The position numbers were made by a program, and so were the translations under genes. From a virus (lineage: Duplodnaviria > Caudoviricetes), in IMG/VR virus record IMGVR_UViG_3300008259_002957: a DNA stretch of 64,000 nucleotides, one strand, 5' to 3'. Below are positions 48,313-57,806 of this stretch, piece by piece; position 1 is the stretch's first letter; each line of letters begins with the position of its first letter. The notes under the pieces were generated by a model. The model was not told where the DNA came from. It ran no database searches and saw only the letters and a program-made list of their open reading frames with translations.

Positions 48313-49174
48313 TTAATATGCTCCATGCAAATCCATTCTGCATTTCAGTAGAATTAAACTGGCAATAAGACAAGTGTGCTGCAAATCGAACAGTTTCTTC
48401 TTTAGTAGGCAAATATAAACTGTTAATATCTTTGAGTGCAGTATTACATAATACAGAAGCAGCGTTTGGTGCTAATGCAATAGCCGGTACACTGTAAAGT
48501 AATGCTTCTGTTGCTGCAATGCTGTTAAATGTAACCAAGCAGTATGCATCATCTAATGCATCCCAAATTGTATTAGTCGTAACTCTTTCAGAACGATCAG
48601 GTTTAATTCTAACTTCAATTGGACGATCGGTATATGTCTTGATCTCATCAATTGTTTCCTTTAACCAATCGTCAAGATCTTTTTTGTAGTATTTCATTAC
48701 TTTGTCAGATGGCGGACATATTAAAATTTTATTGCCAGTCTGACTGTTTCTGTTTTTGTATTTCCAGTTTAACTTTCTTAGTCTGTCGAGATCTCTGTCT
48801 TTTATAGGTCCTAAGTTTTGTAATGCATTTTTAGTAATACGATGATAGTCTTTTTTTGTACTAGGTTGAATATAGCCAGAATCAACAGCATAAAAATCTA
48901 TTTTATTTTCTAAACAATATTTTATAGCTTTCTGGCCACTGCCGCCTAGTCCACGAATTACCAGGGTGTTGCCGGTGCCTTTTTTTAATTCAAAATTACA
49001 TATACGTCCACCCGACCCCATTATAAATGATTGAAGATAAGGGTCATATTGTAATCCCTTGGCTTCGTAGTTAAATCCATCGGATGCAATTGCTGCAACT
49101 TTTATTCCCATAAACGCATCAACCTCCTTCTTAAAATCTGTGTCATCATAAATCTCATGTTCAGGATCGACCAA
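48299..49174 (-). CDS. Capsule-biosynthesis-like domain; probable C-terminal part of a frameshift fusion
   Basis: RPIEVRIKP, NSIAATEA, HLSYCQF; frame stays open upstream to the A10 run; only a TTG start. Confidence 0.7.
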   Translation of the reverse strand: MVDPEHEIYDDTDFKKEVDAFMGIKVAAIASDGFNYEAKGLQYDPYLQSFIMGSGGRICNFELKKGTGNTLVIRGLGGSGQKAIKYCLENKIDFYAVDSGYIQPSTKKDYHRITKNALQNLGPIKDRDLDRLRKLNWKYKNRNSQTGNKILICPPSDKVMKYYKKDLDDWLKETIDEIKTYTDRPIEVRIKPDRSERVTTNTIWDALDDAYCLVTFNSIAATEALLYSVPAIALAPNAASVLCNTALKDINSLYLPTKEETVRFAAHLSYCQFNSTEMQNGFAWSILNEDS

Positions 49175-49248
49175 CGTATTTAAATATGACTTTAAAATAG
49201 ATTTAACAGTTTTTGTAAATGTTAAATCGTCAATTGTCTTAGGTCTCT

Positions 49249-50004
49249 CTAACTCTTTTGTAAATTTTTTTTTTGAACTTCTAATTCGTTTCTTAAGTAT
49301 AGTCTTTCAACACGATACCATTCGTTAGCATATTCGCAGTTTTCGTATTGTTTAAACCATGGGCCACCTTCTGTATAATGTAATGCTTTAGGTGATCCGT
49401 CTTTGGGTTCTTTATACCATCCTACAAGCCAATTGTATTCGTGACTTAGTTTTCCAATTTCTTCATTGTCGAGCCAACTAAATCTATGCAAGAAGGCACC
49501 GGTTTTATGAGGATCATTTACAAAATCCTTTGTAACCTGTTTATTACTAGGATGTCCGCAGTTTATAAGCATCATGCTTGACCAATTTTTTCTTGGATAT
49601 TGAGTTTGTTTCTGTCCATCCATCTTAACACCTTCTTCGGGTGTATAATCGTGCTGGGCACACATGATGGCGTATTTGTCGTCAGCTTGATCGAATATAT
49701 TTTTTACATCGTCAAGAAATACAAAATCACAATCGATAAACAATGCCCATCCGTCAAAGTTGTTTAGTTCTGGAATTAAAAATCTAGTAAAGGTAAATTC
49801 GGTTGCAGCAAGAGCATCTACATCTCTCCAATACAATCCGTCTTTTCTAAGTATCTTTTGCTTTAATGGAATAACTTCAACTGGAACACTTGCAAGATTT
49901 TCTATACTTAACTTAGCAACTTGATATGCAATATCTTCTCTGCTGTCCCAACCTATGTAAACTCTTAACGGATTAACTTCTACGTTCAATATCACTCTCC
50001 ACAC
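49249..50004 (-). CDS. GT8-like glycosyltransferase
   Basis: IGWDSRE, TEFTFTRFL, FIDCD, YPRKNWSS, YNWLVG, LHYTEGGPWF. Confidence 0.85.
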   Translation of the reverse strand: MWRVILNVEVNPLRVYIGWDSREDIAYQVAKLSIENLASVPVEVIPLKQKILRKDGLYWRDVDALAATEFTFTRFLIPELNNFDGWALFIDCDFVFLDDVKNIFDQADDKYAIMCAQHDYTPEEGVKMDGQKQTQYPRKNWSSMMLINCGHPSNKQVTKDFVNDPHKTGAFLHRFSWLDNEEIGKLSHEYNWLVGWYKEPKDGSPKALHYTEGGPWFKQYENCEYANEWYRVERLYLRNELEVQKKNLQKS

Positions 50005-50746
50005 ACTCTTCGCCGTATTGCACTTCTAAAATGTGGCATAATTCATCTGTACAATTATAGGCCTTGTGCCATACTTTATTTTCTATTATGTAGCCCGAAC
50101 TTAATTCTGACAATGTAATTTTTTGACTGATATTATTGTATTCTGTTTCTAAAATACATTTGCCTTTGAGAACATACCAATGTTCAGATCTTAAAAAATG
50201 TCTTTGCATTGAAAGACTCTTTCCAGGTTCGATAACTAGTTCTTTTACTTTATAGCCAGGCTTGTCGTCAAGCACTCTATACCAACCCCAATTACGCACT
50301 GTCTTTGGATTTTTCCATTCTTCTAGAATCCAACTGCTGCTATTCTTTTTGTCGTCGCCGCCCACGCTCCATGCAAATTCTACCCTTGGATGATTTCCGT
50401 ATTTGATTACTTCAGGTATATTTCCTGGATTTCTGTCGCCGCCATTGGCTACAATTATCTTTGTGTCCATTCCTGTCAAGTCAAGAATTTTTTCTATACA
50501 ATGATTACTGCTGCCAATTTCATCATCTTCAAAACCTAAAACTTGATCAACCATTCTAAGATTTCGAATAATGTTTGTTCTTTCTGCAAAAGGCATAAAT
50601 GGTCTGCCTTTTTTTCTAACTAACCATGCGTCAGAATTTACACCAACCCATAATTCGTCACCTAATTTTTTAGCTTCTTCAAAATAAGAAACATGTCCGC
50701 TGTGTAAAGGGTCAAAGCCGCCTGAAACTAATACTATTGTTTTCAT
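49973..50746 (-). CDS. Bifunctional cytidylyltransferase-like + mannose-6-phosphate isomerase-type cupin
   Basis: SGGFDPLHSGH, ANGGDR, GGDDKKNSSS; C-terminal WGWY...VKEL..PGKSLSMQRH..RSEHW. Confidence 0.88.
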   Translation of the reverse strand: MKTIVLVSGGFDPLHSGHVSYFEEAKKLGDELWVGVNSDAWLVRKKGRPFMPFAERTNIIRNLRMVDQVLGFEDDEIGSSNHCIEKILDLTGMDTKIIVANGGDRNPGNIPEVIKYGNHPRVEFAWSVGGDDKKNSSSWILEEWKNPKTVRNWGWYRVLDDKPGYKVKELVIEPGKSLSMQRHFLRSEHWYVLKGKCILETEYNNISQKITLSELSSGYIIENKVWHKAYNCTDELCHILEVQYGEECVESDIERRS

Positions 50747-50758
50747 AAAAATATTTAA

Positions 50759-51382
50759 TCAACTCCACCCGAATATGTAGTCTTTTCTGATATTGGTGAT
50801 TTCTTTTGCGCCATGGTTTTTTAAATAAGTACCTGCACAATACTCTGTATCAGGATGCTGCTCAACAACAATGATGGGTTTGTATTTTAGAATGGTTTCA
50901 ATACCACCTTTTAATACTTCTAATTCGTATCGTTCACAATCGATTTTAAGAAGGCCGAACTTGGGTAAATTTAAGTCATCTAAACGTTTAATATCAATAG
51001 AACCCTGGCCTGTTTCGCTAACATAACTACTACCAGTGTTTTCTGCATCGTAAATCATTTCTACTTTATTGGTTACGTTGCCCAATGCATATTTGTGTAT
51101 TTCAATGTTTAGTCCTGCTACGTTACGATCCAAACAACTATATACTTGTTCTAATGGCTCAAATGCAACTACGTGATTGAACACTTTTGTTAAAGGTTTT
51201 GACCATAATCCAACATTGGCTCCTACATCAACTGCTATGTTAAAATCAGTTACATACTTATATGCTTCATCTCTAACGTCATCTTGATACTCGGGTGGCC
51301 CGCCATTTTTAATACGTTTAGCGATTAGTCTTTCAAAATGATTGTCGCTGTCTGGCATCCAATAATCATAAACTTTTTTCAT
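50759..51382 (-). CDS. FkbM family methyltransferase
   Basis: DVGANVG, AFEP, YALG, KIDCERYE. Confidence 0.9.
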   Translation of the reverse strand: MKKVYDYWMPDSDNHFERLIAKRIKNGGPPEYQDDVRDEAYKYVTDFNIAVDVGANVGLWSKPLTKVFNHVVAFEPLEQVYSCLDRNVAGLNIEIHKYALGNVTNKVEMIYDAENTGSSYVSETGQGSIDIKRLDDLNLPKFGLLKIDCERYELEVLKGGIETILKYKPIIVVEQHPDTEYCAGTYLKNHGAKEITNIRKDYIFGWS

Positions 51383-52041
51383 ACTACACCTATTAATGCA
51401 TTTTTACTGCCTACATTTTCTAATTCTCGATACCCATAGTTTTTTAATATATCAAAAACAGAATTTTTTTCTTGATTATATCTCAGTGAATGACCTTTTC
51501 TTTCGTACAAAATAACAGGTTTATATTTTTTGATAGTATCAATAGCACCTTGTATAATAAATGTTTCGTATCCTTCAACATCTATTTTTATAAAATCTAC
51601 ATTTTTAAACTCAAAGGAGTCTAGTGTCTTTACTTTAATATTTCCATGCGATGTAGGATCAACATGTGTACTAAATGTTTTATTAGAATCAAAGTTAAGA
51701 GCAACAGTTTCTTCTTTATTTCCTAATCCACAATCATAGATACTGACATTATTTAATTTGAACTTTTTTGCATTTAACTTAAAACATTCATTAACTTCAG
51801 GTACAATTTCAAAACTCGAAACATGATCGAAATATTTTGACATATTATAGGTCATTAAACCGTAATTTGCTCCAATATCAATTGCATGACGAGTTTTTCC
51901 TTTTCCGCAATACTTAAATGCAGTTTCTAGATGATCTTTTTGGTATTCTAAAACATCTTTTAATCCGACTCTGTCAATGGCTCTTGATAAAGTGTTATCT
52001 CCTTTTAAAACACTCCATTCTTGAAAAATATCAATTTCCAA
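51379..52041 (-). CDS. FkbM family methyltransferase
   Basis: DIGANYG, CGLG, KIDVEGYE. Confidence 0.9.
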   Translation of the reverse strand: MEIDIFQEWSVLKGDNTLSRAIDRVGLKDVLEYQKDHLETAFKYCGKGKTRHAIDIGANYGLMTYNMSKYFDHVSSFEIVPEVNECFKLNAKKFKLNNVSIYDCGLGNKEETVALNFDSNKTFSTHVDPTSHGNIKVKTLDSFEFKNVDFIKIDVEGYETFIIQGAIDTIKKYKPVILYERKGHSLRYNQEKNSVFDILKNYGYRELENVGSKNALIGVV

Positions 52042-52052
52042 TGTTGTTTCCT

Positions 52053-52325
52053 TTATTTTTTATTTCTTTCATTTCGAAGCATGTGTTTCTCTTGACGTAT
52101 TTCTTTGCTTTCTTTTTCCCACCACCCGTCGTCGTAGTTGTGTTTATACTGGCGGAGTTTTGCATTCATTTTTTTTGCCATTAAAAATGCTTCTTCAAGT
52201 TTGTTTTCTATGTCTTGTTTAACTTGAGTATCTGGCAAATTATCGTATATTAAATCATAAAGTTCTCTATGCACTTCGCATATAGTTCTAAACTTTTGCG
52301 TTTTATCAGTTTTAAATCCTGCCAT
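52053..52325 (-). CDS. Hypothetical protein
   Basis: 90-aa ORF with GGGG RBS. Confidence 0.65.
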   Translation of the reverse strand: MAGFKTDKTQKFRTICEVHRELYDLIYDNLPDTQVKQDIENKLEEAFLMAKKMNAKLRQYKHNYDDGWWEKESKEIRQEKHMLRNERNKK

Positions 52326-52334
52326 AATAACCCC

Positions 52335-52790
52335 TTATAAGGTAGCATCTTCCATGCCGGCTACTCTTAACTTTACTACATTAGTTATCTGCCACTGTTT
52401 TTGGTCTAACGCTTTTAAAACACCTAACCATTTGTTTCTAATAAGTGCAAATTCGTTAATAACTTTTTCGTAATCAACTACGTCTGCTTCGCCGTCGACA
52501 TACTTTTCTACGTCTCGACTGCTTAATGCACGTTGATAGTTTTCAAGATATTTTTTAAAGAAACTACTACGAAGACGTCTTAGTTCAATATTAAGATATT
52601 CTAGTATTGCTTCAATTTCTTGTAGTTGATTAAATCTGTGTTCGACAATACCAGGCATTTCTGCGGCTGCTCGTTCTATATTGCCTTTTAGTTTAACTTC
52701 GAGACGAGCTGTTGCCAACTCGTCTTCGAAATATATGATAGCATTCGGTATCTCTCCGATGTCTCGAGATACTTTGCTGTACCAGCCCAT
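52335..52790 (-). CDS. uvsY: Recombination mediator (UvsY-like)
   Basis: FKKYLENYQRALSSRDVEKYVDGEADV...KALDQKQWQITN; next to UvsX. Confidence 0.85.
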   Translation of the reverse strand: MGWYSKVSRDIGEIPNAIIYFEDELATARLEVKLKGNIERAAAEMPGIVEHRFNQLQEIEAILEYLNIELRRLRSSFFKKYLENYQRALSSRDVEKYVDGEADVVDYEKVINEFALIRNKWLGVLKALDQKQWQITNVVKLRVAGMEDATL

Positions 52791-53008
52791 TATTCATCCT
52801 CTTCGTCGTCGTCTGCGTCAAGATCTAAATAATAGTTTATAGCATAATCTAGATATTTGTCATTACCTAAAAGTTCTTTAAAAGTAATGTCATCAATACC
52901 ATAATCAGCAAGCAAGTCTACAAACTTTTCTGCTGCTATATCTATTTGTTTTTTATCAAGATATTCTTTAAATAAACTCCAAATATCAGCAATTTGGGCT
53001 TCGTTCAT
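52790..53008 (-). CDS. Hypothetical acidic protein
   Basis: 72-aa coupled ORF. Confidence 0.65.
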   Translation of the reverse strand: MNEAQIADIWSLFKEYLDKKQIDIAAEKFVDLLADYGIDDITFKELLGNDKYLDYAINYYLDLDADDDEEDE

Positions 53009-53014
53009 AGTTAA

Positions 53015-54088
53015 TTACTCCTCGTTATCAACAACTGCTTCTTTGTCAGCATCTTCGATATTTACCGAAATTGCTTTTTTATTAGGCATATCGTCCATAA
53101 CGCGGTCTAGTAAATCACCTGACCAATTTTTGCGATATTCAAGAAACACTTCGCCGTCACTGGTAACATACTGATAACGGTTTCCAATTTTCTCCAGCAA
53201 ACCTTTTGTTTCAAACATGTCAAACAATCCGCTGTAAGGGTCCATTCCTGTTTCGTATGGAATTTTAACCTGTACACTTTCAAACGGTTTAGCATATCTT
53301 GTTTTCATAATCTTACAGGCTGCTCTAATACCGTTGACTGTTGATGTTTTGTTGCCATCTTCGTCTTCTTTGAGTTTGAGTTTTTTCATTGCTACAACAA
53401 TACTACTTGCATAGATAAAACCTGCACCGCCGGAAATCTTGTCATCCGGATCAAACATGTCTTGACTTGCATAAGTGTGATTGGTAACAACCATGCCTAC
53501 GTTATAACTGCCAAACATGTTAACACAGTTTGTAACCAATGCTTTAAGTGCTTTGGCCTTACGACCCATGTCACCTTTCATGTCACCTGCTTCGAACTGG
53601 TTAAGTTCTGTAGGCGACATAAGCATACCCAAACTGTCGATTACAAACAATACTTTTGGACGATCTTTTTCGTCCATTGTTTTGTAATCTTTCATAAACA
53701 GCGAAATAGTTTTAGCAACATCGTCAATCATTGCCATGTTAAGTTTTAGCAATTTATCTTCGCTGGTATCTACACCTAGAGCGTGTAGCCATGTTTCGTC
53801 GAGTGCGTTTTCGCTGTCAATTAGAACAACAAAGATACCTTGCTCTTGTGCATTTTTTACAATGTTACCAGAACAGAAATAACTCTTGCCCGAGCCTGAT
53901 TCACCTGCAAACACACTAACCTTTCCTAGTGGAATACCTTTTTTAAAGTCTCCACTGATCAAGTAGTTAAGTGCATAACTGCCTGTTGAAATCCAGTCTG
54001 TAGGATCGTGAAATCCTGCACTCATTCCGTCAATAGACTTTGTTAGACTATTGCGAAATTTTGTTGGGTCAAATGTTTTGGTTGCCAT
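53015..54088 (-). CDS. uvsX: RecA-like recombinase (UvsX)
   Basis: ISTGSYALN, AGESGSGKS, IDSENALD, VIDSLG, TNHTY, SGGAG, KTRYAKP. Confidence 0.95.
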   Translation of the reverse strand: MATKTFDPTKFRNSLTKSIDGMSAGFHDPTDWISTGSYALNYLISGDFKKGIPLGKVSVFAGESGSGKSYFCSGNIVKNAQEQGIFVVLIDSENALDETWLHALGVDTSEDKLLKLNMAMIDDVAKTISLFMKDYKTMDEKDRPKVLFVIDSLGMLMSPTELNQFEAGDMKGDMGRKAKALKALVTNCVNMFGSYNVGMVVTNHTYASQDMFDPDDKISGGAGFIYASSIVVAMKKLKLKEDEDGNKTSTVNGIRAACKIMKTRYAKPFESVQVKIPYETGMDPYSGLFDMFETKGLLEKIGNRYQYVTSDGEVFLEYRKNWSGDLLDRVMDDMPNKKAISVNIEDADKEAVVDNEE

Positions 54089-54291
54089 TAACTATCTCTC
54101 TTGATGGTTAACGTATCGCGAATTAAGTCAACAAGGTCGTCTTCGGTTGAACAAAGAATTTTTGCTGTAGACCACTCGTCTTCGCTGTCTCTACCTGTTG
54201 CTTCAATCATGAAGCCGTTGTCGTACATACTTATAATAAACGTTTCGCCTATTTTATTGAGTTTGTCACTGATTTTTGTAATTTTAGCCAT
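54088..54291 (-). CDS. Hypothetical protein
   Basis: 67-aa coupled ORF with GGAG RBS. Confidence 0.65.
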   Translation of the reverse strand: MAKITKISDKLNKIGETFIISMYDNGFMIEATGRDSEDEWSTAKILCSTEDDLVDLIRDTLTIKRDS

Positions 54292-54304
54292 AATTATCTC
54301 CTAT

Positions 54305-54334
54305 GAAAAAGTAGTAGGGGATTTCTCCCCTACT
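54305..54334 (-). terminator. Rho-independent terminator after the SSB gene
   Basis: AGTAGGGG-atttct-CCCCTACT with U-tract on the minus strand. Confidence 0.75.
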
Positions 54335-54336
54335 GA

Positions 54337-55323
54337 TTAACCTTGATTTTGACGTGCTCTAATCTTTGCAAGAATGTCTTGTGCGCCGCTAGCGGATGGC
54401 ATTGCTGCTTCTGGCTTAGGTGCTTCCATTTTTACTGGAGCCGGAGCAGGCTCATCTTCAAAAGGGATATCGTCGTCACGTGATGCTTTGCTTGCACTGC
54501 TTGCACTGCTGTTCATAGGATCGCCAGTCTTTGCTGCAAGACCTGCTGGACGGAAATATTGGCTCCAACGATCTGGATCGTAAGGTTCTCCATCTACGCT
54601 AGCCTCAAACATTTCAGTAAGAACTTTTAGTTCTACTTCGGTTGGCTTCTTAGGAAGGAAATCAGAAAGATTAAATAGACCGTTGTTATTAATTGCTTTC
54701 ATCTCTGCATCAGTTAGCGGACGAGTACGACGTGCCCAATTACTTGCACCGTAGTCTGCATAGCCACCTTTGCTTCCTTTGCTTAGACGGAAATCAACAC
54801 CACCGGTATAGTCTGTTGGAAGATCTTCCAAATCAGGATCCATCAATGCTGCTTTGATTAGTTGGAAAATTTGTGGGCCGATAATAAAGCGACGAATCGG
54901 ATTTTCCGCAACCGAATCTTCTTTTAGCGGATTGTCTGTAACAAAACCTTGGAAGATATAACTACGCTTTTTCCAGTACTTGCGTCCTAGTTCTTCAAGT
55001 GCCGTATCTTTGAACCAACCGCGAACGTCTGCCAGAATAGGGCAGTTTTCGCCATACATTTCCATGCAAGGAACCTGTACTTGTACCGGACGCGAATCCG
55101 TTTCTCCTTTAACTCCAGCAAATGGGAGTTTAATCATAAGGCGTTCTGCCCAGAAGAATGTGTTGTTGGTATTACCGTCTGGAAGGAAACGCAATGTTGC
55201 TGTTTGACCTTCTTGCATATTCCAAAACGGGTAAATTGCGTTATCGCCACCTGTATTAGAATTGCCTGCCGAACGTGTTTCTTGTTCTTTAAGTTTTGCG
55301 CGAATTTCTGCTAATGATGCCAT
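54337..55323 (-). CDS. Single-stranded DNA-binding protein (T4 gp32-like)
   Basis: LRFLP, CMEMYGENCPI, GPQIFQLI, DYTGGVDFRL, GYADYGASNW; acidic C-terminus. Confidence 0.9.
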   Translation of the reverse strand: MASLAEIRAKLKEQETRSAGNSNTGGDNAIYPFWNMQEGQTATLRFLPDGNTNNTFFWAERLMIKLPFAGVKGETDSRPVQVQVPCMEMYGENCPILADVRGWFKDTALEELGRKYWKKRSYIFQGFVTDNPLKEDSVAENPIRRFIIGPQIFQLIKAALMDPDLEDLPTDYTGGVDFRLSKGSKGGYADYGASNWARRTRPLTDAEMKAINNNGLFNLSDFLPKKPTEVELKVLTEMFEASVDGEPYDPDRWSQYFRPAGLAAKTGDPMNSSASSASKASRDDDIPFEDEPAPAPVKMEAPKPEAAMPSASGAQDILAKIRARQNQG

Positions 55324-55429
55324 AGTTTTTGCCTCCTATAAATGTTGCCTATGTGCTTAGTGCCTATAATGTGTAGCACATTGTTAATACTACACAGTTT
55401 TATTTATCTTGTCTACTGAAAAATGTCAA

Positions 55430-55470
55430 AAAAATGAATAAGTTAGCAGATTAATAACCTGCTAACTTTT
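55430..55470 (-). terminator. Terminator hairpin at the end of the 55.4-57.8 kb gene
   Basis: AAGTTAGCAG-N9-CTGCTAACTT. Confidence 0.65.
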
Positions 55471-57793
55471 TAATGATTTCCATTTGTGGATATGGTGAAT
55501 TTTGAAGTTCTTCGGCCTGTTTAGCCATTACAGTGCTTTCAATTTTTTTCATGAATTGTGCGGCGGGTTTCACAAATTGGTCGCCGTAATCTTTTTGCAC
55601 CGCGGTCAATACCGCTGTTTCGCCTTTGGGGAATTTACCTGATTCTCTATCAAAATAACTTAGAATAAATTCACTTAGTGGTATTTCGGGTTTTTTTGGA
55701 GTCATGCTCATTGGCGACATAGTTGAGTCTGTGGGTGGTGAGTATTCTGTTTCTGCTTCGTCTCTTATTGAGTCAAGATACTGCATCACCGGATACAATG
55801 TGTTTACAATTTGATTTGCAAATTGTGCGTTGCTACTTGAACCTGGCTCACGTTCCATGCCTTTGGCAACTTTACGCAATTCCATCATTGCCTTAATAGC
55901 GTCCTTTGCATTGTTGTCGATGTTTTGAAATCCTTTGGTCTTGGCTTCAATGAAGTTGTATACTTCCCATACATCATTAGCATATTCACCGGCTAAATTG
56001 CCTTCATAACTGCTTTGGCCTAATTCAATTGACTTACTGATTTTACGCAAGTTGCCTAAAACTGATATAGCATCTTTGTTTGTGTTGATGTATGCTTCAC
56101 CAAAAGTTCTACGATATGAATTACTAGCCATCGAACCTTTTGAGCCTATAACTGCATTACCGTCGCCTGACAGCATAAGATCGTACATCAGTTTGATTAC
56201 ATCCATAGGAGTTCTTTTGCTTGCTATTGTTCTTTTAAACCATGCTACTTTTTCTGGTTTCATTGGTCTACGAGATTTAGTAGTGATAAGTTCTATTGCT
56301 CTACGCTTAACATCATCTACGTTATTCATCTTTTGTAGTTGTCTTAGATCGTCGGCTGTAAAGTTATCATCTTCTGCTTCGCTAACTTTTACGCAGTTGT
56401 CTACACGTTTGCCACCTTTCATTTTGGTGCCCATACGCTTGTAGCCTTTCCAGCATACTTTGCCGTCTACGCCTTTTTGCTTTTCTTCGCTGAGTGTACG
56501 CCAACTCGGATTGCCACAATCTTCGCACACGTGATCACTAAACTGACCCATTGTATCTTCAAACGCTTGCTCTAGTTCAAACTCTTCTCTAGTAGTGTGA
56601 GGTCTTGGCACCCTACCACTCATAGGACTGTATCCTTTGTCTTTCTTAGGAGATGGCTTAAATACGTCTGCTTCGGGTTCTTTGTTATCGGCAGAAGTTC
56701 TACGGTCAGACCTGCGATCCAACCTACGAGCAGCACTTAATGCCACAGCCGCACGGGCAGCACCTGATATTTCATCGAGATCATCTACTTCTTCTGCTAC
56801 TAGATCTTCTGGGCCAAGTTCTTTGGCCTTTGTTGCTTCGCCTACTAATTTGTAAATGTACGGAAATACGTCTTTGAGTTCTTCGTTAAACTGCTTGATA
56901 GTAAGTTGATCTATCCAATTCTCAGAAACGTCATTGGGTACTTCTTCTACAACCTGTACTGTAAAGTTTGCGGCTGCTTCTCGATAATATGCTTCTTTTT
57001 GTAGGTGATGAATTTCTTTTTTAACAGCCTGGATGCGTTCATTAACTGTGTCCATATAACCTGCAAGTGTTTCAGCCATCACTGTGCTTCTACCCATGTA
57101 TGTTTTGAACTTTTGTAATTTTACTGCTTCTTCACTGAGGCCTGCAACGTACTTGCCGAAATCGTCATAAGCATTACCGCCTTCACTAACGTGACGAGCC
57201 ATTGCTCTAGCACCTGCTAGGTGACGGAATGGATATTTAAAACGTTCACCTTCTGGAGATTCAATATAAATTGCACCGATTTTTTGTGAACGGCTACCTA
57301 CTGATTCAACGTTGATTGGTTGAGTATGCTTAATTGCTAGGCGTGCGTTTCCGATACGCTGATAACTTGTTTTGTTTGTGCCATACATTCTTGACTCGGC
57401 CATTGGTTCTTCTCCGGGGCGATTTGTTGCTAAAAATTGATAGTCTCTTCTGTTTAGATTTGACTTATTAATATCTCGTACATCAAATGGCATCATTCTT
57501 TTCTTAGCAAAGATTCTCAACTCTTTAAGAAAATTATACCAGTTGCCTTGTACTACTTCGTCCTTACCTTGTACTAGATCTTTTCCTACTACTACAACAA
57601 CACCGTTTTTTTCATCTAAACTAACATTTACTTTACCAAGTTCATTGCCGGAATCGGTAAATGCAAAATCAAAGAAACGTGCATCAGATGGAACATTTGT
57701 AATATTTCCATCTCGGTCGCCGATAGTTACGCTAGGAAATCTTCCGCGAATCTTTTGAAATAGATCATTTGCTACACTACTAAGGTTCTTCAT
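55451..57793 (-). CDS. Large hypothetical late (virion-associated) protein
   Basis: 780 aa; ATAAATA upstream; contains a CWKGYKRMGTKMKGGKRVDNCVK module. Confidence 0.75.
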   Translation of the reverse strand: MKNLSSVANDLFQKIRGRFPSVTIGDRDGNITNVPSDARFFDFAFTDSGNELGKVNVSLDEKNGVVVVVGKDLVQGKDEVVQGNWYNFLKELRIFAKKRMMPFDVRDINKSNLNRRDYQFLATNRPGEEPMAESRMYGTNKTSYQRIGNARLAIKHTQPINVESVGSRSQKIGAIYIESPEGERFKYPFRHLAGARAMARHVSEGGNAYDDFGKYVAGLSEEAVKLQKFKTYMGRSTVMAETLAGYMDTVNERIQAVKKEIHHLQKEAYYREAAANFTVQVVEEVPNDVSENWIDQLTIKQFNEELKDVFPYIYKLVGEATKAKELGPEDLVAEEVDDLDEISGAARAAVALSAARRLDRRSDRRTSADNKEPEADVFKPSPKKDKGYSPMSGRVPRPHTTREEFELEQAFEDTMGQFSDHVCEDCGNPSWRTLSEEKQKGVDGKVCWKGYKRMGTKMKGGKRVDNCVKVSEAEDDNFTADDLRQLQKMNNVDDVKRRAIELITTKSRRPMKPEKVAWFKRTIASKRTPMDVIKLMYDLMLSGDGNAVIGSKGSMASNSYRRTFGEAYINTNKDAISVLGNLRKISKSIELGQSSYEGNLAGEYANDVWEVYNFIEAKTKGFQNIDNNAKDAIKAMMELRKVAKGMEREPGSSSNAQFANQIVNTLYPVMQYLDSIRDEAETEYSPPTDSTMSPMSMTPKKPEIPLSEFILSYFDRESGKFPKGETAVLTAVQKDYGDQFVKPAAQFMKKIESTVMAKQAEELQNSPYPQMEIIKKLAGY

Positions 57794-57806
57794 TATATGT
57801 TATTTA

